Assembly: GCA_051294905.1 (NCBI GenBank) | Contig: CM119372.1 | Location: 35,466,001-35,530,000, forward strand | Direction: 5' to 3' | Length of the DNA stretch: 64,000 bases | Source of the DNA: Botryllus schlosseri | Taxonomy: Eukaryota | Part shown: positions 51,020 through 64,000 of the stretch, one piece after another | How the letters are laid out: every line of letters starts with the position of its first letter | Position numbering within the stretch: position 1 is the stretch's first letter | Program-made: the position numbers and the translations under genes | The notes under the pieces: model-generated | Database searches by the model: none | Told to the model about the DNA's origin: nothing | What the model saw: only the letters and a program-made list of their open reading frames with translations

Positions 51020-51975
51020 ACATTGACGTGCGGTCAAATGAGGCAAGTAAGACAGTGCCTCACCTGTCGCCAGGGTTAGTAAGAGAAAATTGTGAAAACC
51101 CTCGATTATTATTGATATTTTCCATCGATGATCATAAATAGTTAAATTTGAAAATTTTTTTCATCAAACATCATCAATTTTCATAATTATTATTCAAATA
51201 TACAGCGCGAAAGGAGATGTGAGGCACAGGTGAGGCACGGGCGCGTCGTTGTCACCTGCGACATTGCAATTCATCATAAACAGCTCGTAATTCATAATAA
51301 TTGGTATCAATCAAATGCTATCGTTGCATTGATTCTGAGAATTCTAATATCAACGGTGTCAGAGCACCAGAACCCCCTCACAATCGCCAGGGAATGTGAC
51401 ACTTGGCATTATGACAGATAATGCCATCGCAGAGAAACAATAGCAAGGTGTGGCACAAACGTATCTGCCCACTGCACTATTCGCTAACAATCGGACAATC
51501 GCAGCACAGTGAAACGCGCTATCGATTTCGGAAACCAACAGTCGTGTAGGTAGTCTTGTAGTAGTGACGGCCAATACGTAATGCGAAGCAAATACATTCC
51601 ATCGATAGCTACGTTAAATCGTGGTATGAGATAGCTCCTTACATATAGCCTTAGTTGTAGTTGTTTGTGGTCTTTATGGTGTTGTCGGCTGCAATAGTCA
51701 TTTACACCAGGCCGATATTATATGTTTGATTCCATATCTGCCGACTTGTAGCACGTCACACTTCCAGGTTTTTGTAAGACACCGCTTACATGGAACAGAT
51801 GACAAGGAGTGGCCTGTAGATAGCCTGCGTCTGAAGATCGCTAATGTGATAAGAAACAGGACGCCAATTCAATCAGCTAGCCTTGTAGGTTTTATACAGT
51901 ATATTTGCCAATCTTAATCCATAGAAATCGGCGTCCCCAATCAAAATCACGAATCTAACCCTGGTTTTCCACTGT
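51020..51975. mobile_element. Partial second copy of the 21422-23168 family, including the SINE fragment
   Basis: Starts cattgacgtgcgg; colinear with 21422-22780 apart from a ~420-bp segment; end approximate. Confidence 0.75.
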
Positions 51976-52792
51976 AAAAAAAAACTTTGGAGCTTAAGTG
52001 GGCCCTGCTGGAAGTGGGCATTCGGTAATCATAATAACCAATATCGGTCTGGTGTAAAATGACTGTCGATGTCCAAATACTATGAATACTGAAAATCAAC
52101 CACATCCTCGAATTTTTACGTATGGCAAGAAGATGACTAAAAAGAAATAGTACAAAGATAACCAACCTACGTCAAATCACCGTTCAGCGACGGAAATGAA
52201 TTACATCAGCAATTCAGCATACTTGTGTCTTATCGTTATCTTGAAGTAGCCTACATAGAAATATAAGACAGCGGGTCACTTTTTATGCTGCCTATTGCCT
52301 TATGCAACAGCCGGTTGTTAGTGCTACTATCATTCACCATTTAGGCTAATAGATTTAGAGCAGAGAATGGACCGGGGCCGGAATGGATATCCGGTCGGAT
52401 CTCATTTCTGCTCGGAGCCGGATTACCATTTTTACTGGTACTGTCGGTGTAGGATTGAAGCCGAATTCGACCATTTTTGATACGGTCAAAATCACAAACG
52501 GGGCTATTAATAGGCATGACTTGAAGTGATGCCACTAAGTGAGTAGGCCTACATATATTGAAAAAATTTGCTTCGTTTATCTTCATTTCACTTTTGTTAT
52601 ACAATGGCGGACTGCCACGATTTAACTTGACGACCATACGCATAGAAAAAGGAATCCGAGCTATATTTATACGATCCACCTGTATAGCAGTCGTTCCCAA
52701 CCGGTGGGGAATTCCCCACTGGTGGGCAAATCAATGATTTCTGTCGGGGAATAGACGCATTTGTTAAACATTGTATACAGGACACTATACAT

Positions 52793-54722
52793 CAGGGGTG
52801 GCCAACCTTTTTGAGCAAAGGGCCACATGAAATTGACGAACCAGCGCGCGGGCCACTAGCCACGCCAGGCGCGAAAATTTTTCAATGTTTATTGGTTAAT
52901 AATATTGTTACTTGAGTATATTGCGGGTCTGCTGTTTAGCGCTGCGCTAAGGTCGCAAGGATTTGACTATTGGGTGCTTGGGCCAACTCGCGTCAATCAA
53001 TTTATGCCTATAGGTTTCATCGTCGACGATCTTTCTGCGAGCGCAAACGTAACGTCCATGTTGAACGACATTTTCTCTCGTAATTGAGACTATAGTTACA
53101 CTCGAACTGGTACATTATGCGTTCTTTCATTTTCAGGGGAAGTGTAACAATATACTAAAAGCCAAGAATCTAGTGACATCATATTGCGGGAAGCGGGAAT
53201 AAAGTTTTACTCTAGATCAGAGGTCTCGAACACGAGGCCCGCGGGCCGGATGCGGCCCGCTAGAGCATTTTGTGCGGCCCGCAACGACATTTTAGATTTT
53301 TACTAATTTGACAATATATAAGTGTCACATATATCTTTACAGGTTATAAAGTGAAAATGCCCTCTTAAATTACTCCGAAAGCCTCAAACTATTCATCAAA
53401 CTTCACTATCACATCAATTGCAAACGCTACCATGCAGTGGAAGATTCACTATTTCGCCAAATTGCCAATTCATTATGACAAATCGTGATCCTTTGACGAT
53501 TCGTGACTGAAATTTGTGAGTTGGACTTAGGCGCGACCTTTCCTAAATTACTCAAGACTCGGGCTAACTCGATGGCAAAATGAAAATGAATCGAGTGGAC
53601 TTGGAGTGACTCGGAATGCCGTGAATTTGTTAGAACCATGGACGCAACAAACTAATCGCGTATCAGGGGAGTAATAGATCAGAAGGTCGCAGCTTGGTAT
53701 TTCGCTAACTAAGCAAGTTATTATGGCAACCATAGGCAATCTGTTAGTTACATCTCTGGTCGCTAAACCGTGTTATCAAGGCCACTTAAAGGTATCGAGT
53801 ACCGTAGTGAGACGCTCCAACGATGTAACAGCAATGGGCCGTTCGGCGTTCCGACATTTCAATCAGTAGGACACATTCATTAATATATTTTCATTTTATT
53901 TATATTTTTTTCTGCTCCTATATTTGAAGATATGTGGCCATGAGATTAATAGCCTACTTATCAGAAGTATACCCGAATCATGGATTGGAATTACAATGCT
54001 CAAATTAAAAATGTTTTGATATCAGATCAGTCTCTATTATCCATCTGTTAAATTCAAAATATTCATAGTAGCTGAAAAATAATAACCCGATAGCTTTTAT
54101 GATGGTATCATACATTTGTCCGCCATACGGTGTCTATATCTAATTATTATATATATATATATCAAGTACGACAGCAATTCTATTCAAATAGTTATAAATG
54201 TGAGGATTCTATTCGTGCCAGGCTTAAATTGATACAAGAGTACATCACATTTTGACGATCTGTGTTCACTGTCAGTCTGTTGGATCGGCTCACTTTCAAT
54301 AGGACAATCCATTCCCGCAAAATAAGGCCTACTTGGAAAGATACAGAATACCCCCATAAATGCTGCGGCCCGCGACGTCGTCAAAACTGGAAAACTGGCC
54401 CGCGAGCACATTTGAGTTTGAGACCTCTGCTCTAGATAAATCTACCGCAGAATATCCTGCTTTATTGTGATGTACAAATATCTACCAAAATGCGACTGGC
54501 TTATGGATCTGCCAAGTGCCAATGCGTCGGAACTGATATTTTAGTCGTCACATCCCAAGTGTTGCGGCCAGACTAACCAAATATTTGGTTAGTCTTGCAA
54601 GTTCCCAATCTAGGCAAATCCATTTTTGATAATATTGCTAATTTCAAAAATTACCTCACGAGCCACTCAAAACCTTCTCACGGGTCAAATGTGGGCCGCG
54701 GGCCCCTGGTTGGCCGGCCCTG
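52793..54722. mobile_element. hAT MITE, level 2 of second nest
   Basis: Ends CAGGGGTGGCCAACC/GGTTGGCCGGCCCTG; perfect TSD ctatacat. Confidence 0.85.
53218..54429. mobile_element. hAT MITE, level 3 of second nest
   Basis: TIR CAGAGGTCTCGAAC/GTTTGAGACCTCTG; perfect TSD ctctagat. Confidence 0.9.
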
Positions 54723-54918
54723 CTATACATATTCACGGATACACAGGCGCAATTACCGTTACATGTTAACTGCTCTGGAATATATGTATCGAAAATTATA
54801 TTGCGTGTTGTTCACAAAATCACATTTTTTAAACTCTGGATAACCAATGATGGCGTCTCAAACGCATCCAACACGACCAGAATGACGTGAAATAACGCTT
54901 TCCCTATAAGTTTTGAGG

Positions 54919-55380
54919 CAGGGTCGGAAAAATTATCCAGTCGGTGGGCCGGATAGGGGGAAAATAAAGTATTCGGCGGCCGGATTCCTGAATTGATACA
55001 TTAATCGCGTACATATTCACCTATAATATAAACTGTAAGTTCAAAGCATAGATAACAAAACCAGTAGTCAATGAATTTATTAACGTAATGTACTTCGATG
55101 CCTGTTGAAGTCAATAAGACATCTGTGTGGTCGATCAAAGTTTTTCAAATAGTTCTATAGCTGCATGTTGGACTACAAACCCGTAGTAACGACTTTACGC
55201 GAACATCAGTTTGATTGGAACGCTGATTTGTCATGTTTATGTTTATGTTTGCTCTCAAATGCATGCAGACCCGGGACACGGGTCACATTATCATGTAAAA
55301 CTGAAAACAGTCCTGCGGGCCGCTCAAAATCCCGTCGCGGGCCGGATCCGAGGACCCGCGCACCGTGTTTTCCGTCCCTG
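54919..55380. mobile_element. hAT MITE inside 52688-55583
   Basis: TIR CAGGGTCGGAAAA/TTTTCCGTCCCTG; TSD ttttgagg/ttttgaga. Confidence 0.8.
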
Positions 55381-56199
55381 TTTTGAGAGTTACCGGTATC
55401 GGCTCACAATACGTTTTATATTGCAGTTATAGGCGATTGTTTTGCGTACTGGGTGGTTGTGATTCTGATGTACCCAAACAAGCAAATATCTGCCCCTTAC
55501 TGACAAAAGTTTTCGGAAGTGGGCAATGAAGGCTCGGAATAAATCTGAAGTGGGGAATGAAGAAAAAAGGTAGGGAACCACTGATCTATAGACTAATTAG
55601 GGCTTGCTTGAACTGCTGAGACTCAATAATCTTCATTCATATGGATATTTTGAATAATAAAGAACAATTGTAACTATTTCATACACCTTGGCAGTTATTT
55701 ACGGAACATTTGGCATCCAGAGTCTTCCAATAGTTGGCAGCACTGATGCTCACCACTGATAACGGTATATAGTAATCATTTGGGCTGGCTAGTCTTACAA
55801 ATACAGTTCTTTGACAACCAATTAGGACTTTACTCGGATATCAAAGTAAATGTTGACTAACTTACAGCTCCGTTACCGAGAAAGAAACAAAATATTATTC
55901 GTTCCAATAGACATATTGCCATCATGGATGCGAACAGCTGTCGTCGCAGGATTTAATAAATATGCCGTCTCAAGTAGCCTAAGTCATCTAATCATTTCTT
56001 GAGTTTTCATCTACGGAATCTACATTTTTAACTTTGATTTCAGCGCAGCATGCAGCAGATTCGAAGTTCCTCATTATCAAATGTGATATGCAAGCGAAAG
56101 TGCCAGTATACCATTTCCACATAGTTATCACCAGAGTTTGTATTTCAAAGCAACCAACACAAAATACTTAGAGGTCCTTGTTAACTGACATGCATAGAT

Positions 56200-56601
56200 T
56201 AGGGTAACCAAACGTCCTCTTTTAAGAGGATTTGTCCTTGAAAGTGTCCTCGGAGGACGCCCAAATGCCCTCTTTTTTTGAGATATTGTTCTCTTTCTTG
56301 AGACTTTTGTTCAAATGTAGGGTATAATGCGAGTGATATACAGTGAATCAGAACTGAAGAAACGCTCCGGCGGCTATATCGGGAGCTGAGCCAGAAAGAT
56401 GACGATTTTTCAGTCAACCAACCGATAATGTGGAATTAAAACTGTATTTCGGGAGTTGAGCCGGAAAGTTGACCTTCTTTAGTCAACCGGCCACGAAGAG
56501 GGAGAAGTTTTACCATTTATTCAGGATTTTCTTCCGATATTGCAAGACGGAAAACTTTTAAAAGGTGTCCTTTTTCACATTTCCAAAATATAGTAACCCT
56601 A
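56200..56601. mobile_element. hAT-like MITE, TAGGGTTACCATA family
   Basis: Ends TAGGGTAACCA/TAGTAACCCTA; perfect TSD gcatagat. Confidence 0.88.
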
Positions 56602-57121
56602 GCATAGATGGTTATACTGTAAAGCTCATCAAACCTCATTTACACTGAAAATGTTTGTTCAGTCATATTTAGTAATAGGTTTGCGTTGGTGATAACGACT
56701 ATTGCTTCATCAATCTCGTACACGAATAAACTTGAACCGTTCGTTCAAGTTCGGTAGGCTACGCACTTTTCAGTAAAGTAATGCCCTCTGATGATATATG
56801 AATAAATGAATACACTGTGCATAAATTATAATATTTATGAGCCCTAAGCGAGTTACGGGACTCACTCCGATTGGAAAAGGTATTACTTATGGCATTCTTC
56901 AAGTGGCAGTACAGGATGTAGTTACATTTAATTGGGATGCAATCAATAAGACATGACGTAATAATTGCATTTTGCCAAGACAATATTTCCAAGGTTCGTC
57001 CATTTACATCTACAACTGTCAACATCAAGGAAAATATTAACAACGGAAGAGTATATCAGCGTAGCAAAATTATTCGAAATTACAAGTATTAAATTAAGTA
57101 AATAGCGTACTAATAGTGATA

Positions 57122-57287
57122 TGAAGAGCTTCTTGCAGGTACAGAACTTCGGTATACAATTGAATAGTATATATTCATTTTGAAATGGACCCAAATATTT
57201 TGGGCTGACACTCCTCAGGGGCATAGTCAGCAGCTAGTAGAGAATTGGAGAGATCATTGTATATCAACAATCTTACCACAAATATGA
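57122..57287 (-). mobile_element. Solo Penelope-like pLTR fragment with degenerate hammerhead core
   Basis: Reverse complement matches ~14040-14201. Confidence 0.7.
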
Positions 57288-60200
57288 ATACTTTGTCGCG
57301 CCGATAGCAAAAGATATACAATACAGTGTAACCTAAATAGTTTCACGAGCTTTAGTTATATTCATACAAGTTGACGGTAGATAGGTTGTGGAAGCTACCA
57401 AGGTCTTACGTTTTTTACATTTTCAGGCAACATCCTATATACTTATAATTTGTGTAGTATGATGTTTTGGGCTGTCTAATTGAATTTTATATTGTAAATT
57501 ATTAAACTTTTCTCAATTTTTCAAGCAAGTTTTGATTGCAACTTTTAGCAAGTATTACGCAGAATCTGAATTAGGAATTTAAAAATCCTGCTATAAAACT
57601 ATTTTAGTATGGCTCTACTCTCTTCCATTTGCTTAAGAAAAAACTTTGTGATTAATTAGTTGCATCTTAACGTTATCTATGACGCAAGTTCAACAACTCC
57701 AGCCAAGCACGATAGTGCCAGAACTAAATTAGAAGTAGAAGTATGACTTGACTTCTGGCGAAACCCGTATATGAACGGAATTAGGTTGTGGGGTCAAGTT
57801 TATTGATAGCTTAGTTAGTTCGAGTGTTTGTTTATAAACGTTATTTTGGTGGGTTTATTGACTGTTGAGATACTGACTACATCCCCCCCCCCCCCACTAC
57901 ATACGTAAGGTACCTGATGTGAATAACAAAAGCAGCCAGAAAAAGAAAGCAGGTGGGCGAAAGCATTTTTTTGCACACTGTTTAGTTGTTGCGCTTTTAA
58001 ATTTTACAATGGGTATTTCATTTTTCTCGTTTAGTGAAATATTCAATTAATTTGATTGATTGGATACAGATTGCATAATGAAGAGGATATAAAGAAAACA
58101 AACAATATTTTAATTAGGGTTCCTAATTCGGTTTTTTATTTTCTATTTTCCTTTTTTCGTCTAATCTCATTTTTAAGAAATTTCAAATTGACACTAAGCA
58201 AAACTAAATATGCCAATCACTAACATCAAACTTAGATGGTTGAAGACATCATTCAGACTGTGAAATACCACGCTTATATTCATTATCGGGAATGAATATT
58301 CCTTTGGAATAAGATTCGCAAATATCTAAAACCCATACGGTTAGCGGAATGAGTTACATTAGCCATCTTTGAACGCTGGCTATCCAATCTCCTTCTCGCT
58401 ATGGATCCTCGTATGCGGTGTCTTACGAAGCCAAGAAGTTGGCCGTGCTACAAGTTGACATATATGAAATGATACAATGTTAAACATCGGCCATTGCAGT
58501 CGAAAAACATCATAAATCCCCATGCAACAACAACAAGGCATGCCATGTAAGTATAGGTTTACCATATTTTTGTGTCTCGATTTCCGGACACTCATTGTCG
58601 CCTACTGATGGGTCTTACAATGAGGTATGATCCCATTGTAAGTCAATATGACGTCACACTAGCTAGGCTTTGCCAATCAACTGTATAGAGCTGTTCAAAA
58701 ACTTTTTTTTCAAATTTCATTGGCTTAGCTGAAAAATCGTCTGGTTACCTAAAATATACGTTGCAGACCAAATTTGACTCAATTCCAACCAGTAAATGCC
58801 GATGCCAGCCAATTCAAAATTCCGGTAATTTTGGGAATAAAAGTAATAAAATTTCGTCATCCCGACATAATGAAAAATCGTGTTCCATGCATGCCTGAAG
58901 GTGTTGGGTGATTTTCCATGCGTTTCAATCTTGACGAGGGCCTATGGTAGAGTTTGGATGAAGATATCTCCAGTTACGAATAAAAGATATGACACGGATT
59001 AGCTGAAAATTAGTCGACTTCATTGAAATAGTCACGTTCAAATGATGGTGATATGATTTGAAAATAAAGTACTTTCACACTAGAACTACCGACCACGAAA
59101 ACGAAATAAACTGACAAGCATGCAAAACACCTGTAAATATATTTCTCAAGTTATGTTCAATATCTATATTGTTTGTCGATCTAATGTAAGTTTCACGAAG
59201 TCTTAACGAAGCTTGTGACCGTATTCTTCACAAATACAATTTGATATTATGTTATCGTATCATTTGCTCTTCAGCGCTCCTCCATTACTCTCTCAGGCGA
59301 ATTGAGACTAATGGGCACTGTTTTGGACTTTCAGTAGAGACACAATATCGTTCATTTATTCATGAGTATATGAACTCGGCTCATGTACCGATAGAATGCT
59401 CGAGAATGATCACCGAAGTTGATAATATTCGTGACATATCTTCTTCCTATCAAAGGTTATCGTCCTATCTGCACGTCATTCTCCATATTCGGTGAACACC
59501 ATTTAATTGTCTTCATTTATCACGGTAGAACACCAATACTTTTTATTATTATGTGTCGTTATATCTTATGAGTAAGAATGTATTTTGGGATATGCTTGTA
59601 ATGAACCTTTTGAGGAAAATCGAAATGGCAAGTAGACGAAGGAGCTCTTGTATTAAAATAGAAAATGAAGGCGCGAAAGGTTTCAGTTAATCGAAGGTGA
59701 GCGCTTTACCAGTAAAGACACTACGAACATATGGGGACAATTATTCAGTCACCGTGCGAATAGGTTTTGGCATGTCTTTGAAATTGCTATTTGCCCTTCC
59801 CTTTGAGTAGACATTTAGACTGTTGCTTCGACGTCACCCTGAGTATTAAGGCTGACTACTTTGATGACCTCTGCACTCACGCAATATGTTGTAGCGGGTG
59901 ATGGAACGCCGCAAGTATCAAATACTGAGGAGCGCATTAAATTCGTATTGCACACAGGTAAACTTCGTTTGTGCTCACTTGGTTTTCGTGGTGACTCTAC
60001 CCGGAGTGTTGAGTAAGAGAGGTAATGCAACCTGTCAACTGATATGAAATTACGTTTGACTAATGCTAATCTTGGTAAAAAAAATATATATGAACTGTTA
60101 GCCAAAGACGTAACTCACTTGTAACGAAGGCTTGCCAGAAACCATTTAACACTGAGGTAATATAAGATGCGGATGACTTTCATTTGCACTTACTTAGTAC

Positions 60201-60524
60201 GCCGTGAGTTTATTCCCACTCAATTTGGCAGCGATGTCACGCAATTCTAATCCGGCAATATGTCGTATGTATATATATATATATATCAGTACAAGTCCGT
60301 AAATAATATCAGTTGTTTGGAACTACTTTGAAATGTGAATGCTGAGGAAGCGTTTTGAATCATTGTTATTTTGTTTAATGAAAAAATATCCAAAATTTTA
60401 TACATAATCATATCTTTGGGTCGTGAGATAGAGAAGCGGGCGAAAAACTCTTTGGTAGATGGCATGATTTAAGAAATCAGACACCTACCGAGGCATATGG
60501 GATGTAAAGAAGAGGCATGTACAC

Positions 60525-60985
60525 TAGGGCTGTTCAAAAATAAACTTCTTTTCAGATTTCACTGGCAACTTGATAAAATTGTTAGGTTGCTGAAAACAAC
60601 GCTACACACCAACTCTGGCTCAATTCTAACCAGTAGAGCGATTTTCTTGCAGTAGAAGGTTTTGAATTTATCATTTAAAAACAAAAACAAATTTTTTCTG
60701 TCAACCCCATAAAATCGTTAGGCTGTCAGTAGATATGATGCACACTAAATTTGGAACAATTCCAACCACTAGAAGCGAAGGTATTGCAGTAGAAAAATTT
60801 CCAATTCCATGATTTTAAAATAGGTACTTGAATACTATTTTACTCAAATCCCAGTTTTGATACTGCAATAACTTCGCTTCTACTAGTTGGAGTTGAGCCA
60901 AAATTGGTGTGCAGCGTGGTTTTCACCAACCTAACAATTTTATCAAGTAGCCAGTGAAATCTGCAGAAAAATGTTTTTTTTTTAC
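60525..60985. mobile_element. Older foldback MITE related to 34983-35600
   Basis: Starts TAGGGCTGTTCAAAAATAA; 60550-60640 mirrored at 60870-60965; right TIR lost; related fragments at ~58686 and ~31490. Confidence 0.7.
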
Positions 60986-61770
60986 TTGGAAATGGATTAC
61001 TAGATTACTAAATACTTGATACTTAGGAATGGATTGTGGAGTCAACCTCGGTCGGACAGAACCCGTAACTCATTGGTGTTGCAGCGGTGCATCATACCAT
61101 GACGCTAATCACCACTCTGGGTATCCGAAGTGCGATAGGGTACCCCGAGGTTGAAAAGGTTGAGAACCACTGATCCACACTCAAACAATTGATTAGACGT
61201 AAAATAAATGAAACAGAATCTTGGTCTAAAAACAATTTACTTGGCACTACGTACAACGCACAGTGAGTTGATGAAACACTCTCCAAACAACATCGCCCCA
61301 TACAACTCAGACAAAATGAGAATTTGAGAAGTTGAAAAGAAACAGTCACAACAAGTGACAAACATAGATGCTTATAATGAACAGTGGCTAAAAACTTTTA
61401 CAGTCTACCGTGCTCTTGTTGAAATGTTGGTTCAGTCATCTGTCGTCGTGATTTCGCGTTCGTGTTCTCAACAATCGCTTTCACAATCACGTACGCGCAT
61501 GTCAACCTTCCTAGGTTTGGCACACACTTTCCAGTAAAATATTCCATTATTATGATATTTTGGATATTCTTTGGACAAATTAGAATATTTATTATTCATA
61601 TGCGACTTACTTGACGAGCTCAAATTTGAAAATGCCTTTACTTTTGGAATTCTTAAAGTGGCAGTACAGGATGTAGTTACGTTTCATTTGGATGCAATTA
61701 ATGCGCCTCAACGCAATGATTGCATCATCAAGGTAAAGAATAATACTAGAGACGGAAAGTTTGAATACCA

Positions 61771-62108
61771 TAGGGTTACCATACGTCCCCCGTCAGGAGG
61801 ACTTTTCCTCATATTTCTTATTTTTGAATATGTCTTCCGATGACGCCTTAATGTCCTTATTTTTGGCAATTCGTCCTCCTTAATGGCTTTTACAGCTAAA
61901 ATAAGGGACAGATTCGAGTGAAAATGGGCATAAATGACGCAAAATAGCAAAGACGGACGTGCAAGCGTGAAATTCCTGGTTCGATCGCAGGTGACGACCT
62001 TTTTTTTAGTCAAAACCACTAACTTCAAGTAAAAGGTGTGTAAAACACTAGTCAGACGAAGGTGGTAAAAATGTCCTCCTTTCCCCGTTCCTAAATATGG
62101 TAACCCTA
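61771..62108. mobile_element. MITE, TAGGGTTACCATA family
   Basis: Perfect TIR TAGGGTTACCATA/TATGGTAACCCTA; TSD degenerate. Confidence 0.8.
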
Positions 62109-62333
62109 AATAACAGCTTTATACATGTTCCTAATCAGAACAACAGGTTACATCGACACCATTACATGCATATAAACGTTATATGTCAAAAACATACTAC
62201 TACGACTTTGAATTTATCCGCAACAACTGCATTTATATGATTCTGTTCATATATTTATTCAAAGTATGTCGCACTATCATCTTAGGGTAGGCATGTGAAC
62301 CGAAGGCACCACAGCGACAATAATATTAGATAC

Positions 62334-63320
62334 TAGGGATGGTGTGAACGTGAGGTTCACGTTCGCGTTCTGTATGTGAACCTCGGAAATTTATAGGTTC
62401 GCGTTCACAACAGAACCTTGGTAGGTTCTGCACTGTGAACCTTTTTCATATATTACAATTTTCACTTCAATTTCACTTCACTTCACTTCAATTCAATTTT
62501 CATTTCAATTCAACATCTTTCGTTCGAATTTACTGCATTTAAACTGCGGGCCACTCTATGCATGATGCTGGTAGCATCAAAAATCAACACAAAACGAGCA
62601 TGCCCATTGACAATCTCAAAAACGTTACTTGCTTTGTTACAAAAGTTTGCTTGAAATATCCAGCCTTCCGGTTGTGAAAATTTAGTGACTCTCTGCTGCG
62701 ATATTAGCCGCATTTACACGACATCAAGAGCGAAATACACTACATGTAGTCAAACGAATGATGCTTACCCGACCAACAAATGAGATTGATATTGTTTTCT
62801 GATGTAACAAATATAGCAGGTTTACTTTATCATTGGAACCATATCCGTGTGATTGAGGTGTTGGTTACAGCTGTATAACTTGTACTAAAATTTCAAGAGG
62901 GAGTAGAAAAACCTATTTTACACTCTGCTCAATATCAATGTAGCAATAATCAGACACCGAAAGCATTGTCCGGTCTGGCCTAAACTTTTAAATCGTAAGC
63001 TTATATTCCCTGGCATGTCCTCGTCGAAATTGTCGGCAAAGCGTCGGAAGATATTTAATTTATGGGATTAATATATAATTTAATTGCCTCAGTTGATGCA
63101 TTTGGCGAAGTTTAAAACGCTGTATTGTGGAATTATGTGGCCCGAGTCGTCGCTAGGTATCGTGTACAAAGCCTATCACTTCATGAAAAGATAGGACTGG
63201 AATTTTAGAAATATGACGTCATGTGACGTCATAAGGTTCACGTTCGTGTTCACACAGAACCTTTCATAAAGGTTCGCGTTCACACGAATCTGAACCTTTC
63301 AGAGGTTCACACCATCCCTA
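62334..63320. mobile_element. Full-length hAT (Ac-type) MITE with GTGAAC/GTTCAC motifs
   Basis: TIR TAGGGATGGTGTGAAC/GTTCACACCATCCCTA; TSD ttagatac/ttacatac. Confidence 0.9.
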
Positions 63321-64000
63321 TTACATACTCGCTATTGTTCCCGGATACATATAAATATATATATATAATTAATATGTGTGTATGTGGTGGGTCGCCAAAG
63401 TGTGAATGAAGCAAGTCCTTACATGGCGTCTTGTCTGGTGTGAGATTAATGGAAATTATTATAGCCGCTGGATTCATGCTAATTATATTTTTGAAAAATA
63501 CCGTGTTCCCGAATAGTAATGTCTATAATTCTTTACGAGGAGTCATGTAACAAAGGCGTCTGAACAAAGTCAACATGGGCAGATTTATTTAGCACTTTTA
63601 AGTCATTTTGTGCATCTTGACTGAGTTTTCTTGACGTTTATTGAAATCGCTTCCATACTACTGGGCTACTTTCTCGGAATATTCAGCGATTGCTTAACAA
63701 CTTGTAGCTGCATGCATGCAATCCAATGCACAGTTATCCAGAAAGGAGTTGTGTTAGGCTTACCACATTTAGAATAACTCATTTGGAATTTTTAATATGA
63801 CAAGATGAAATCCTCTTGACAAAAGTTGGTATACTTTACGGAGGTGTCACATTTATTCTAGGCCAGGTTCGTTTGATAGTGGAAAAGTTTTTTTTCCGCA
63901 TTGAAAATACGATATTCACATGATTATATGAGCAAAATTTCTTCACAATTATACTGTAACAAATATAGTAACAGTTCAGTAAATGGTCAGATTAAACGCT

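Larger units (their letters stand above)
52688..55583. mobile_element. hAT MITE, outer element of the second nest
   Basis: Ends CAGTCGTTCCCAACC/GGTAGGGAACCACTG; TSD ctgtatag/atctatag (6/8). Confidence 0.75.

Overview
AT-rich, intron-containing animal genomic DNA, densely packed with transposons. An ascidian or other marine invertebrate origin is plausible but cannot be proven from sequence alone. It contains two tandem, same-strand paralogues of a highly divergent opsin-type class A GPCR. Copy A is 5'-partial (exons 716-817, 1008-1225, 1794-1940, 1999-2085, 3317-3415). Copy B is complete (exons 33383-33547, 34302-34470, 37355-37456, 39263-39480, 41780-41926, 41985-42071, 44590-44697; 331 aa). 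Both keep the Schiff-base lysine (K296 equivalent), C187, an acidic residue at 181 (Asp) and three introns at the ciliary-opsin positions; C110 is visible only in copy B. Both have lost the G-protein activation motifs (ERY->AHY, NPxxY->CPxxY, E247->L), and copy B also shows D83->N. The remainder is mostly hAT-type MITEs with readable 8-bp TSDs, including a six-level nest right behind copy A. There are also a Chapaev3-like relic, a truncated non-LTR retrotransposon, Penelope-like fragments with a minimal hammerhead motif, tRNA-derived SINEs, and paralogous exon-like blocks suggesting a ~41 kb tandem duplication. All alignments and residue numbering were done by eye.
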